NCBI GenBank assembly: GCA_002269645.1
Contig: NIVC01003143.1
Span: forward strand, 1 to 64,000
From: Macrostomum lignano
Taxonomy: Eukaryota
DNA length: 64,000 nucleotides
Direction: 5' to 3'
Part shown: one piece after another, positions 1 through 13,200 of the stretch
How the letters are laid out: every line of letters begins with the position of its first letter
Numbering within the stretch: position 1 is the first letter of the stretch
Notes under the pieces: generated by a model
Seen by the model: only the letters and a program-made list of their open reading frames with translations
What the model was told of the DNA's origin: nothing
Database searches by the model: none
Position numbers and translations under genes: made by a program

Positions 1-1810
1 CATCGAAGCGAGCAGCTCAGCTGAGTCCGGCTCCTGCTGGGTGGCGCTCAGCTGGGAGATGCGGTGGTTCAGGTAATCCAGTGGCGTCTTCCTAAAGCGG
101 TCCTTGGCATGAAGACCAATGAGGTCGGACTGGTGCTTCTCGGCCACGCAGCTGATCAAGCATTGCACCATCTGAATGGCAGCGGTGGTGTCCAGACACT
201 TCGCAAACGCGTAGTGAAAGTGATTCGTGCGCTCGCTAACGCAGCAGCACAGCTGAGTCGGTCCCGCATCAAAGTCGATGAGAAGCGACAGCAGGTCAGC
301 GCGGCGCATCTTCAGGCACAGCGAAAGCGGCGTCTGCAGAACAGAGGAGAAAAAGCGATTGAAAGTTTGAAGGCAGCAGTTGCTAGTTTCCACAGCAACG
401 TTAGTGCGACCAAGTTCAATCTCTAAGAACACGTTGTAAAGAAAAGTACTTATACCAGTAGCGCTGTCAAGTGCATTGATCTTTACTATACAGACTAGCA
501 ACAAGTTCCTTTATCGTTAGGAGGCAACGAATGAAAGAAAAATACTTAATTTCCCATAAAAAACTCTTTGTGAATTTTGTAATTTTTAAAAATGAATAGC
601 CCAACAATTTTAAACAAAGCGCCTCTCAACTCACGTGCCCACAGATATTAACCATGTTGATTATTGGTAGCAGCTTCTTCTGCCTTTTGAGGTTGCAAAG
701 CAGAAAGTCGACTGCCTCACGTGGTTGACTTTGCAGTACGGCCGTGTGAAGCTGACTGCAGTGCGAGCAGGTGTTTACACAGGTTTATGAGATTGCTATC
801 GTGTGCTGGAAACCATGCTATCTGATTTCATGGGTCAGTAATAAATTTTGCTTACTTTGCCACATCAATAATCTACATATAGCTGTGAGACTAAACGCGA
901 GGACGCTATTTTCAGCAACATCTTTAGTCTGCTGCAGGCCGCGTGCAGTAGAAATGCATGTACATACATTGGGCCGGGTAAACATCAGTATCATTCGAGT
1001 AAATAGCTGCTATCATATTTCGAGCTGCTTCTGAGCAACGAGAAGCTTGTTGGTATGAGATGATACAAGCTAGGTTAATATTCCTTAGGACTTCTGTAAC
1101 CGACTAAATCTACTGACAAAACAAAACCAGTGTGCTAAAAACGCAGACTTACCTATTGAAATTCTCATCAACAAGAATAGATTGGGGATTGAGCTTTTTA
1201 ATTAGTGCCAGGCGCGTTTGCTCAGACACTGGCGCCTTGCTCGGACCAGAGCGGGACTCGGCAGCCGGCGGTGCCGGCGGCGGCGGTGGCGGCGGTGGTG
1301 TGGCGGCTGCGCGGGGACCATCATTGGAGCGTTGATGATGATGTCCGCCCTGCTACCTGGCATGCAGGCGCCTCCGCTCGGTGGTCCCGGATCCGTAGGT
1401 CCGTTCAACAGCTCCAGCAGGCTTTCAAAACCTTCGCCCGTGTCGTCGAAGCCTTGCGCCTGCGGTTGCGTACGCTGAATTAGCTGCTGCTGCTGCTGCT
1501 GAACAGCTCCTTCCCACTGTTGGTAGGGCGAATGCATGCCTCGCCCTTGTGGTGTTACCGGGCTTGAAACATGCTGCTGCTGCTGCTGCTGCTGCTGCAC
1601 CAGCTGGCTGGGTTGCAGCGCGCCCGAAACGGAAACTCCCGACCGGGGCCGCGCCGGCTGCCTCAGTCGCTCGGCTGCTTTGCCGGACTGTTCCAGGCGC
1701 TTTGGTTGCTTGGTGTAAAGATGCTGCACAAACTCAGCATGCTCCTCATCGGTTATTTGCAGCTCACCAATTCCAGCTTCCAAATTCGATGATGTACACG
1801 CATCAGACAT
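1..1810 (-). CDS. Ankyrin-repeat protein with Q/P-rich N-terminus, IkB/Bcl3-like; 3' end beyond the window
   Basis: Exons 1810-1153 (donor AG|gtaagt), 755-635 and 333-<1 splice to give ...LVDENFNSQLHTAVLQSQPREAVDFLL...INMVNICGHTPLSLCLK...AKDRFRKTPLDYL, which are ankyrin motifs. The ATG-1810 frame and the ankyrin frame differ; a 50-nt intron (1356-1307) or a 1-nt indel is needed to join them. Confidence 0.75.
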
Positions 1811-2299
1811 CGTTATCGAGCTACTTTCTTTTCCGCTGATTACGAGCTAGCTGTTGCTTTGGCAGACTGTTGCAGATGCTTCGGGCTCATTTGGAAGTTC
1901 TGCTTCATGCGCTACTTATGCGGTTGTTGACAGAGGGGCAGAGAGCCAACGAGTGAGGCGGACCAGAGACACACCTGGATGCGCAGGATAGGCCAGTCAG
2001 TGCAACTTCTGATAGTTGAAGACTGTACATTCATTGTGCAAATTTCGAACCATTTTTCTCTAATGCGTACAGACAGCCTCAATTAAGCTATGCGCCCTCC
2101 GCGTGGTCAACAAAGTTGTTGTAAAGCAGGATTTAAATGCTCTCTACAAAAAAATAGCTTACTCCTATAACACTAAGATAGACACTCGTATGGCCAAAGA
2201 GAAACTGCGGGTAGCTCGTGAACCTTTTATTGTGAGCAGAACGTAAAAAGAATGCCTTTGTGCTCTGCTATACTTATACTGCTTCCTCGCTCTCGGCCG

Positions 2300-4060
2300 C
2301 AACCAGAAAATCAGACTAGCCATGTCAGATTACGGTTGCCTTTAAAGCGCCAACCAATGCCAGTCGCCTGGTAATCATCCGGATGAATCGCCACACTTCT
2401 GTGCGATGCGACAAATAAAGCTTTGCCATGAACCAGCCCTTGCTGATAGAGGCTGCAACCTTCTTGTCGGACTCAAACCTGGGGCTCAGCTTCTTCGTAT
2501 AACTGTCACTGACCGAGTAGCGAGAGGCGTGCTGCAGTCGTGAATAGGGCGAACCTTACCATTATCCTTTGGAATAGCTCCCAGAGGGCTGAACATCGTA
2601 GGCTGACCACCACGTACCTGCCATTCTCAATCTCTTCCTTAATTTGCAGCTCAACAGCGCGGTAGACATGCAGCAGTAGACGTATAATTGGCATTAAAAG
2701 TCTCACAATGCTCTTTGCCATCAGTAATACGAAAACCATTTGCGATGCCGTCTAGGATCAAATTCCTATCAAGGTCATTTTCAAGTTCAGAATCCACGAG
2801 CAGGGACACAGGCTACTCCTGCACTGCCAACGACAGGATTGTTAAAGTTTAAAGCATTAAGCACAAATTTAGGATTAAACCAGAGCATCGCAGAGTTCAG
2901 TATTTTGTCGAATGGATGGCCTCAGGGTGGGCCTCAAAACAGATACGGCAGACATGCCAGAATTTTCAGCTTGACCGGAAGCACCCCCGGCGATTAAAGT
3001 GCAAGCAGATATCTTCCCCGTCTGGCCGGATCGGAGTTCCAGTTCTGATTGAGTGCTTAGCAACGAGTTGGAAAGACTCCTTGCCCCATCGCATACCAGT
3101 TTGAGCTTGCCTATTGTGCGGTAGTTCTCGTTAAAACGGTTCACCTGCGCTTGGCCGAAGCCCGCGTCAAACAGCTCGCCAATCTGTATTGAGTAGTGTA
3201 GATAATTCATCAAATCAGTCGTGTCGGCAGTTCCATTTCTACTAGTCACCAGGGCACCATCCTTGATAATTTGCATCATCAGCCTGCAATTGCCAATCAT
3301 ATGCTGCGCTGCTGTGATGCTATCCAGATTAGGTTTTCTGCTCTTGTAAGTGATTAGGCCACCAGAGTCATTTAGCCAGCACTTTTTCCTGCTCAAAGCT
3401 GTCAAGGAAATCACGAATCAGAAGAGCCTTGCGCCTGCCCGAACACTCCATCCGTTCATTGGCCCTGTTCCGTGACAACAATGTATCAAGCAGCTCATTG
3501 CCATTATCTTCCTGGTCTAATCCTTCATCCCACACTCCAGCAAAGCAACTGAGGCCAGCAGACATGGCATACGCACCGCGATTGATAGGTCTCCGATCTC
3601 CCTCTTGAGTCTGGCGGCTTCCTTGCGTAGCTGCAACAGTCTGATCACCTCCGCCTTCGCGATGTCCTCGTCCAGGCCCACCGCCGACTCCCGAGCCGCC
3701 TCCGCACTGATGTTATCGTCTGCATCAACTTCTTGCTCAGACTGTTCCATGTTCTGCAGTTTCTAATCTGTCCACGACTGGTCGGGGGCCGCGAGCAAGG
3801 AGCTGACCATGGGTCAGCTTTATTGCCGTGACTGCTTACGCTGGCGTGGGCACACAAGGCTTGCAGAGCCACCTTGCTCAGGTGCATGGGTTTCTCGTGG
3901 TCAACCATGGCAAAAAATCGATACACACTTGGCGGGCAAGAGGCCGCCCGCCCGCGCTAAATAAAGGCCCCCAAACCGGCACCTGACCTAGGCACAGCCC
4001 ACCCCCCCCTTGGATTGCACAAGAGCACGCCACACTGGTTTAACACCCAACCAAGCTACG
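2300..4060 (-). mobile_element. Degenerate DIRS-order (Ngaro-like) retrotransposon fragment: gag-like ORF1 plus N-terminal part of RT
   Basis: Frameshifted translation gives YLHYSIQIGELFD...NRFNENYR/RQAQTGMRWG, a zinc finger ICLHFNRRGCFRSS*KFWHVCRICFEAHP, then RT motifs LILDGIANGFRI, AVELQIKEEIENGRY, SPLGAIPKDNGKVRPIHDCS, KGWFMAKL and SVAIHPDDYQATG. RNase H and tyrosine recombinase are not present. Confidence 0.8.
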
Positions 4061-4285
4061 CCCGTTCGGACCACTCAACCGAGTATTCTGTCATCAGATT
4101 AAACAGTCGCAATCGGAAGTATTTGTTTTGAACATAAACCTGAGCATAACACAGCTTTCAAGAAATTGAAAACGAAAGTGTTAAGACGTGCTTATTACAT
4201 GTGTATTCAATAAACATCAATGTCGGGACAGTTTGCACACCTGCTGAGGCGGCAATGAATTGCTTTTACGAGCTAGTTTGTCTCA

Positions 4286-7200
4286 TCAGATCAGTGCAGA
4301 TTCTGATTTGAACGCTCTGACTGTCTCTGCAGTTGCAGTGCACCCGAGATTGCCAGGTAGATCCCACAGCTGCAGGTAGCCGTCCTCCGTTGCGGCAACT
4401 ATTGACGCATCCTTGAAGGCGAATGCGATGGCAGTCGGTTGATGGCCAGCAAGAAGCACCGGTACGACGGCCAGAGGGCCCTGTGGGAATGCAGAAATGG
4501 AATTTTACACAGGTAAGAGAGCGTCATTGCGTTTTTCAGAAACCCCTAATTTGTTTTATCCGACGTTTGAGTGAAAGTGAATAACAATTAAGTGCCTGTA
4601 GCCCAGTGGTCTAGCGCGGCCAGCTAGACCAGCGGCTAGACCAGCGGCACAAGTGCGGTCACATGAATCACAATATACTAAATCTCCAAGATCTGTCTGA
4701 CCGGTATTTCAGTCTACAGCCTGAATGCCTGAACCAATTTTTTTAAGCCCTAACGATAAACTAATTTAGGGCTGCTGTACACTCCTGTGTGAATGTGTGC
4801 CTGTGCGTATGACTGCGTACATATCCGCGCGCTTGTGTGACTGCTCAGGGGAGTCGGCAGAATGGGCAGTAGTCCCTTTCGCCGGTTGTGTGACAATTTC
4901 GCTTAAAGTGCACCGGGGATGCACACACTGAACTAAACAAGAATAACAATGAATGAAAGTGAGGACAGGGTTGTTAATGTGGTTAGGAGCATAAAATGGC
5001 GAGCATCGGCAGCATTGGAAATGTGTTTAAAAGTCCTTAGCCATTCACTAGTGGAAGGAATCGAAATGAATCTCAGTATTGGACCGCTATATCAATACCG
5101 GAATCACAGACAATTCCTCATTACGTTTTGCTTTTTCTTCAATGATTCTACACTCATACTCATTGCAGGTCCAATGGTGGCTTCCGAAGGCGAAACCGCC
5201 GCTCTGATAATCCGCTCTACCGGCACTCTAGTGGCTTAAGTTGGTATAAGGGCCGCGGCCCCTGGTTCGATTCCGCATTTGAGGCTTTTTTGAGGCTTGT
5301 GCACAAAAATTGGGCGGAGGCTTGTCGTGCAATTCACAGCCATGAGGGCCAGCTCCCAAGGCACAGAGAGTGTACATCTCTGACGATTAGAAATTCAGGG
5401 CCTCGTACACCCTGTGTGAGCGTGTGTATGAGTGCATGTCTACGTACAGTATTGGTGCACTTGTGTGTGCTCGTTGTAGGATCATGTCGCCCAATGCGTT
5501 GCGCCAGGGTGCCAACAAACCTGCAAATATTTTTTCGGCATAAGATCCCAAGATCCCAAGATCCAAATTCATTGAGGCAGAATAAGACGAAGATATAAAT
5601 TACACTCACTACTATCGGTTAAATAATGGCATCCGAAGTAAGTCCGATAGAAAAACCGCAGCTCTGATAGACCTTTTTCGAACTAGTATATTGATATCTC
5701 TTTGTGTTGTGCCGCGCCTTCCAGTCTTACCCTGCTGTTCTTCTGTCCCCTTGTTTTTGTGCTTTTGTGCTGCCCCACCTCGTCTCCCGTCTCGTGCTCG
5801 TGCCTGGGTCTGTGAGAGGCGTAAGCCTCACCCTCACACCTGGCCTAGCCCTTTTTTCTGCGCCCAGTCTGGCCCCTTTCCAATCGGTGCGCGTGCCCCA
5901 CCCCTCCCTCTTTGCCCCACCCCTCCCTCTTTGCCCCACCCCTCCCTCTTTGCCCCACCCCACCCTGGGCTGCTCGCATTGGCTGGCGGGCTGATAAGCC
6001 ACCAGTGGGGCCTCGGGGGTTGGCTCACCCCCGACCCGTCTACTCTTCACTGCTGATTTTGCGCTCCACTATTCTGGTTTTTGCTGCCGCTCTCGGCCAA
6101 GTGCGTTTCGTTGTCGTCTCGGTTCATTCGTTGTTTAAAACTTTATTAAATAGACACTATCCGCTCGGTCGCGGTCTTTCGAATTGAAAGCCAGAGGTGA
6201 GCTCGTGCTTCTTTCTTCTCCTGAGTTTGCCTGGGATTGAGTGACGGACCTGGGATCGGCGCACTCTCGCACTCTCGTCCCGGGGCGATTGGCCAGGGCG
6301 AACTCTCGCCGGGTCAGTCAGGGCCAGGTAGGGTTGGGGCTGGGACCTGGACGTCTCTGGCGGAAGGGCCCGCTCTTCATTCCGTCCGTCGGCCATTAGG
6401 CCAAGACACGAAATATGCAACAAGATGTTTCATATACTTTGGTTTTGCGATAAGTTACAAAACGAGAGATATGTAATCTAATGCGCACTCGTAGAAAGTC
6501 CTATTGTGAAGCGAACTGTTCTGATAAGCTCGAATTTTTTGTCACGCATGAACTATTGGTAAAAAAAGGTGCTAAAAAACCAATTGAAAATTCACCTTGC
6601 GGCTCGGATAGGTGTAAATTTCCACTTGCCCAGCTTCGTTGCACAAGCCTAGCAGGCGGCCATTCGCAGATAGCGCCGAGCAGCGGACCGTTTGACCTTC
6701 TGATGTCCTGTCAGTCGTGTAGCAAAGGGATTCGCTTGCGAAGGTCCCATTGCTGCCTCCGTTAGACGAACATGAATGCAGATCTGGCGCTGACCCTGCG
6801 TGTCGTTATCGGCGATGCTTATAAGCTTTTAAATGTGCGTCCAGTAGTGAGATTCCAACTTGCAATATCTCAGTTCCAATTCAAATTAACAATCAGTGTG
6901 CAACGTATTTCTATTTTCTATGCTACACCTATAAATGATAACAACTTCATTTTTTCACCTCACATTCTATTTATGCTACTCGTTAGTAGGTGATCTCTCA
7001 TGAAATGATGAAGGTTTATGCATGGTGATGGTGATAATAGCATGCAAAACATCAATTCATAATCCGACCTTCTGCTAATCTGATAGTTAAAGACCTGCAT
7101 TCATTTGAGGTTGGAGCAGCCAAGGAAGCAATACGGAAAGAATTTTTTATATTAAGTTTTTTTATATATAGTTGTCCTCCTAGTGAAGTGTTTTCTTCCC

Positions 7201-10200
7201 CACTGGATGCTCTATTTATTTTGATAAGTCTGACATCCACTTACAAAGTTTGACCAGCAGATCCTGGCACTGGCTCCGCAGCAGGCAGCCAGTCGCAGAC
7301 CAGTCCAGACTGAGAACGGGTGCCGCATGGCTCTCCGCGATCACTGAGACAGCCGCATTGGAAAGTGCATTGGGGAAGAATTTGTCGGCCGTGCCCAACA
7401 GGCGCAGACTGCCGTCCTGGCATCCGACGGCCAGAGTGGCTCCATCTGGGAGTTATTTGTTATTTTTGAGGATGATACTTTAAAGACAGTTATAGCCACA
7501 ATTTCGATTATCAAATCTCTTACCTGGACTAAAAGACAATGCTGTAACGCCAGTATCTATAATTTTACCGTAGATATTGATTCAAATGTAGTCGTAGCTT
7601 ATAGAGGGTCATTTTTTTACGACCCTACGCATAAGTGACTTCATCAAAATAAAACTCACTAGGCCTCTCGCTGATCGTGCAGGAAGACGTCAGCTGCCCT
7701 GTCTCGCTGTCCAGCACCAAAATCTGCCCGTTTGCAGCTCCCACCGCTAGATGCTGACCGTCTGGTGACCGCCAGCTGACGCACTTCAATGCCACCGCCA
7801 CAGTTGTCGGCGCAGCCTCTGACGTCGTCGTAGAAAAAGACGCTGGTGTGCGCCAAAGCCGACGCCGACGCGACCAGCCACAGGCGCAGCCATCCGTGCC
7901 AACTGTGACGCATTCTACTCGGCCTCGGGTTGAACTTGCGGGACGAGTTGCTATGGCAACTGTGCCGGAAACAGTGTGGGCCCGCTCTGCCAGACGGACG
8001 AAGCCATCAACTAGGGAACCCTCGAGGAGGTCGCCAGATGCGGTGCTTAAAGCGAGGCGGCCATCGGAGCCAAGGGAAGCCACCGAAACCAAAGCTGAGA
8101 GGGTCGGCGACAGCGAATGCAGCTGAAGGCAGGGATTATGGTAGGTATTTTTTAACTTTTTATTTTGGTTTCTTTAACTTCAAGGCTACATTTTAGGCTA
8201 TCAATACCAACTGCAGTTACTGCAAAGCTTCACTCACAATGGTCTCCTTCACCAGATTGTAGTCGTTTAGAGTGTCCCAGACTCGGACACAATTGCCAGC
8301 TGCGGATACGAGAGTGCCGTCAGGTAGGGCCTGCAGGCATGTCACAGGACCCTGCAGGATGTTGTGATACGTGAGTTTTTGCGCAGCGAAATCTATTTTT
8401 TTCCCATTGTTTCTTCCCTCCTGTCCTACCGAATGCGCCGGGTCAGACAGAGCCACAAACTCCTGCGGCTGGAACGAGTCATCGCTGCTTCGAGCCCAAA
8501 CTCGCAAACGTCCGTCGGAGCCGCCGGCAACGGCGTTGCCAGCCAAGTCGAAGGTGAGGCACAGTAGCTGGGGTTGCACTGCCAATGACAAACTCGACGA
8601 GGGGAAGCCGCCGCCGCTCTTTGTGTCAAGCAGCAGCGCCTCGCCACCGAAAAGCCTCCAAAAGTGCGCATGACCCCGACCGACTGAGGCCACTCCGTCG
8701 AAGACTTCTTCGCCATCAAGGCTCTCGCCCTCGATGTCGCTCTCCGCTTTGATGCTCGGTCTGAAGACGGCTCTTCGAACGTTTCGGCCGTCAGTCTTTG
8801 TTCGGGCCAGCGTAAGTCCTGTCGGCCAGTCGTAAATCACCAACGATTGACGGGCGACAGTTTCACCATCGTTGACTTCGCTTGAGTCGCTTCTGCTCTC
8901 AACAGCCAGAAGTAGTTCCCCATCGGAAGAGAAGTTGAGCGACACTGTCGCGACAAGACGCTCTTCGCCGAGAACAACAAGCGTGGCAAGGCTGGATGCA
9001 TCCCAGACGCGGATGTTGTTGGCTTCGTTGAAGTCGTTGGCCTCGTCCAGTTCTGGCAACTGCCTGACGCGCTGACCGCTGGCTACGATTGGACGGCTTG
9101 TATGACACTCGAGACTGGGTTGAGAGGGAAAATCAGAAACTAAATTCAGCCTATTCATGCGCACGCATCAGCCTTTTATCACAATATGATCCAAAAAACG
9201 CCTCCTACCACAGAATGCTGCTGGTGTGTCCGGTATAGTGCCTTTGCCGCCGCCTGTCGGGGCTGAGCAGGACGGCCACTGAGGTTACCGCGAATACCAG
9301 CGAGCCATCTGGGAGAGCTTGAAGGCAGCCAGACAGGGAATTAACTGGGCCATGTAGCCAGTGCAGAGTCGGACTGCTTCCGTTCCTAAGTGAGCCAAAT
9401 TCTGACGCTGCAATTTTTGTGTCGGATGTGATCAGTTGTTGGATAGTTGGCTAGACAAAAAATCTAAGAATGGCGATGTAACCTAAGGATCTCAAAGAGA
9501 GGCAATGGCCCAGACTGAGGATCTGCGAGGATGAGCGGGAGCAACCCTGAGATGGCGGGGCTTTCATTCCAACGTGCCGGACCCATACAGTTGCTGCAGC
9601 TCACCCGACTGAGAATTTTTAGACACTTTGCCAACCGATTGAGCTCGAGATAAGTCGGGCCTTGGCACTGGTTGCAGCTGACCAGACCGGGTGCTCTTTG
9701 CCGTCGAGTTGGCTGACGAGTGTCTTGGACAGTCCGGTAGCATCAGGTGCAAATTGGGGCTGTCGCTGTTCGATCGATGAAAGCTGACGGCAGAGGCATC
9801 TGAGCGAATTTGTTTAACTGAATTGTTACACAACGACTTTGTTAGAAGCTTGCAAAACGAATTGTGAGTAGAATTTGATTATTAGCACAAGTTAATCAAA
9901 ACTCTCGTCAGGCTCGATTCAGTGTGAGTTGGCTAAATGTTAGCAAATCATGGCATTTTCGTTTGGTATGAAAATGAGCAAGAAACGAAGCCGAGTTTGA
10001 TTTTAGAAGTCTATCATATCAAGTCACCATCTTCAATACCAGAAACTTTATTAACAGCGCAGGTGCACACAGTATAAATAATACTCGTAAATAATATTAA
10101 AATATAGCAACAATATTTGTTCTGCGCCGCCTCAATCAGCTGGATGGTTTATCCTGCGAAAATAGGGAGAATGTACAATCTGAGTTCAAGTTCCGGGATT

Positions 10201-13200
10201 TGTTACCTTTCATTTAAAAAAGTTTTTTACGTACAGTACATACCGTGTTTGTAAAAAGCACAAAATATTGCGACACCAAGGGGTCACAATTTGTAACATT
10301 AATTTTACTAACAGCTATCATCGCATTGTAACTGTGTGGCTGTCTGTTGTGACTGTAATTAACTGTAATTATCAGCTGATACCTGTAGCTAGCTCGTACT
10401 TATTGCAAATCCCTGCAAAGTTCGTACCTGACTGATGCCAGCCGTTCTGTGGATTCGTCCTCGCTGGCGACTTCGCGTCCTGTGAGAAGTCGCTGCTCCG
10501 ACTGGCTGCCTGAAGTTCCACTGGCGTGAGCTCCCGACCGCAGGCGATGAAGGTGTCGTGGTCCTTGAACTCACGGAACAATTGAGAGAAGCTTTCCACC
10601 TTATTTACAAAGAAAAGGGAAGGATTGTCAGGTAATTTAGGCATTTTATTCATGTCTAAGCTTAGCTGAACTATATTAGAATCCATATGAACGCATGAGT
10701 CGATTTTTACAGTCAATGCTACCAACGCTGTCATGTCTGTCTTACGACACGAGACTATGTGCGCACCATGCTGCCAACACATTCCAAGTCACATTACATG
10801 CTGCCAACACATTCCAAGTCACATTACATGCTGTCAACACATTCCAAGTCACATTACATGCTGTCAACACATTCCAAGTCACATTACATGCTGTCAACAC
10901 ATTCCAAGTCACATTACATGCTGCCAACACATTCCATGGCACACTCCATGCTGTCAACACATTCTATGGCACACTACTTCGCGTTGTCAACGAAGCAGCA
11001 GACGGCACTGTTGCTTCCCGCATTCACTCACCCTGCGGTAGGGGGGCAGGGCAGTGTACAGAGCCCGCACTGGAGGCCCCGACATGATCAGCAGGCTGGC
11101 AAAGTCTGCCAGAAGGTCCTCAAAAGTCAGCCTGGTACCGGGATTGAGCAGCACCTTCTCGCGCGAGCCGCGGTGCGAATTGCTCACCACGGTGATCAGC
11201 CGGACGCCTCGAGGCCCGCTAGATTGCGGCTCAGTCAACGACGAAGCTCCTGTCGGTTGTCGCCGGTTTTGCCGCAGCTGCTGGCTGTGGCGGCTGTCCC
11301 GTCTGGCCAGCAGGCGGATGTCGGACTGGCGCATCCGGCCAGCCACCGAGCTAGGATCCCGAGCTTCCGGCAGCCAGGGTCGCTCGCCGTTGACTCCCCC
11401 AGCGATGCCGCCATCGCCGCCGTAGTCGATGCCACGAACGAGGCGCCGGACGCTGGACACCGCGTACCGGCCGCCAGGCTGCAGCTCGGCGACGTCGCGG
11501 ACTGGGCGACCGTCCGGCAATCGGAGGATGTGCCGCACGCCGGATGTTGTTGGTATTTTCTCCCCGAGCCAGCCCAGCAGCGACTCCATGGACACGAAAG
11601 CCTTCTGACTTATGGACGCGTTGAGGCCTTTGTAGTGCGGATCTCCGTTGCGGAAGAATGTGACCAGGCGGCCCCGTCTGGCGCCCACGTGGAGTCCCGT
11701 CGGCTGGCCTGAGATGTCTGGGTTCAAGGTGAGTCCAAGGTAAGAAAAGGGGGATTCCAAGGCGACCTCAAAAGTATCTAGTTGGGGTTTAAGGAGTTTT
11801 ATAAGATTTCACAATGAATGCGAGGTGAGTTTGAGGGAGTTCAAAAAGAGTTCAACTTAAGTTATTAATGTGTATTTCAAAGAATTACCTCAGAAGGTTG
11901 AAAATAAAAAATCAATAAATGAGAGCCGATAAGAACTGACAGAAAGTTTTATTATTTAGAGCCCTTGGTTACAGACTTCCTTACGAGCGATTCGAAAGTT
12001 GCGAGTTCGCGCAGGCTGTCCATACTCACCAGGCAGTATCAAGCGCTGCTCGTTCGACATCGGCTCTGGGAAATAGTTCTCAGAGTCTGAGTCCCTGTAA
12101 TCCCAATAGCTGGTTGCCATGGATACCGAGGGAGCTCTAAGAGTTTTGAGTACCGAGGAAAACAGCGCTTATTCTTGTTACTTGGCTCTGTCTTGAGTCG
12201 AAACTGCGAATCTTTTATGACGTTAGAGACTGAGAGTGAGCACAGGGTTTTGAGAACTGCTCATTCGCGGGTAGACCACTGCAACCCTACCCGTCCACAG
12301 CTTGTGTGTCCATTCTTCGCCTTCGGACCATCTTTGAACAATGAAACTGCCTGCCCCCCCCCCCAACCTCTGCGCGTTGTTCCTTCCGTTCTTCCCTGTA
12401 CCTCGCACACTCGGATGGCCAAATGTTAACGAGCTACTCAAGCATCTTGCTCTAAAAGTTCTAACCTGCCGCACCAACTCAAAAGCCGGTACAGAAATAG
12501 CAGTCTGTGGCAAAATGAGATTACATGTGCATTTTGTAATAGTTGCTCCATTGCTTAGGCATAGCCTCATTTCCACTCGCTCCATTGCTTAGCCATTAGT
12601 CTCATCCACTAGCTCCATTGCTTAGGCATTAGTCTCATCCACTAGCTCCATTGCTTAGCCATTAGCCTCATATCCACTAGCTCCATTGCTTAGCCATTAG
12701 CCTCATATCCACTAGCTCCATTGCTTAGCCATAGCCTCATATCCAGTAGCCATTGCAAAACCATAGCCTCAGTCAGTCTCCTAGTTAGTTTCCAGTCAAA
12801 AAATTGCTTCCGCATCAAATACTGTATAACTCGTAAAAGTACGTTTCTTCATTTCAAGCACTGCGGTGGTAGCCTCCTCATCCCAGTGGATGGCAGGTTC
12901 TCTCACACGGTGAAACAATGGAAAGGAACCGCGCGAGGCTCTGGTGTCTGTCTCTCTGTTTTACAGTTTGCTAACATTTCCTACTTTTTACGCGGATGCA
13001 TTCCCTACAGAGTGAGGATCTCGGGCCAATATTGGCATGTGTTAGTTCCCATCCTGATGCTTGCAACCTATGCAGGTTTTATACATTGTATGCACATTAT
13101 CTGCACATTTTTGCTAAGTCTGCATAGCAACTGCCGAATAGAATGACTAAAAAAGGTTCACAGACAGAAGTTAGTTTGACTCTTCAATCCCCCAGAAGAT

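Noticed and set aside
853-1030. Two apparent small exons inside intron 1 of the ankyrin gene
   Set aside because: They introduce stops; the direct 1153-to-755 join restores the ankyrin motif.
2040-2290. Possible LINE RT C-terminal scrap (AYRQPQLSYAPSAWS)
   Set aside because: A single short motif with no supporting neighbours.
6596-6860. Suspected frameshift in DCX-EMAP exon 11
   Set aside because: The acceptor at 6796 gives an intact frame (LVKLWSAPDL...).
10759-11712. 317-aa plus-strand ORF
   Set aside because: A 30-bp repeat plus the antisense of the DCX exon.
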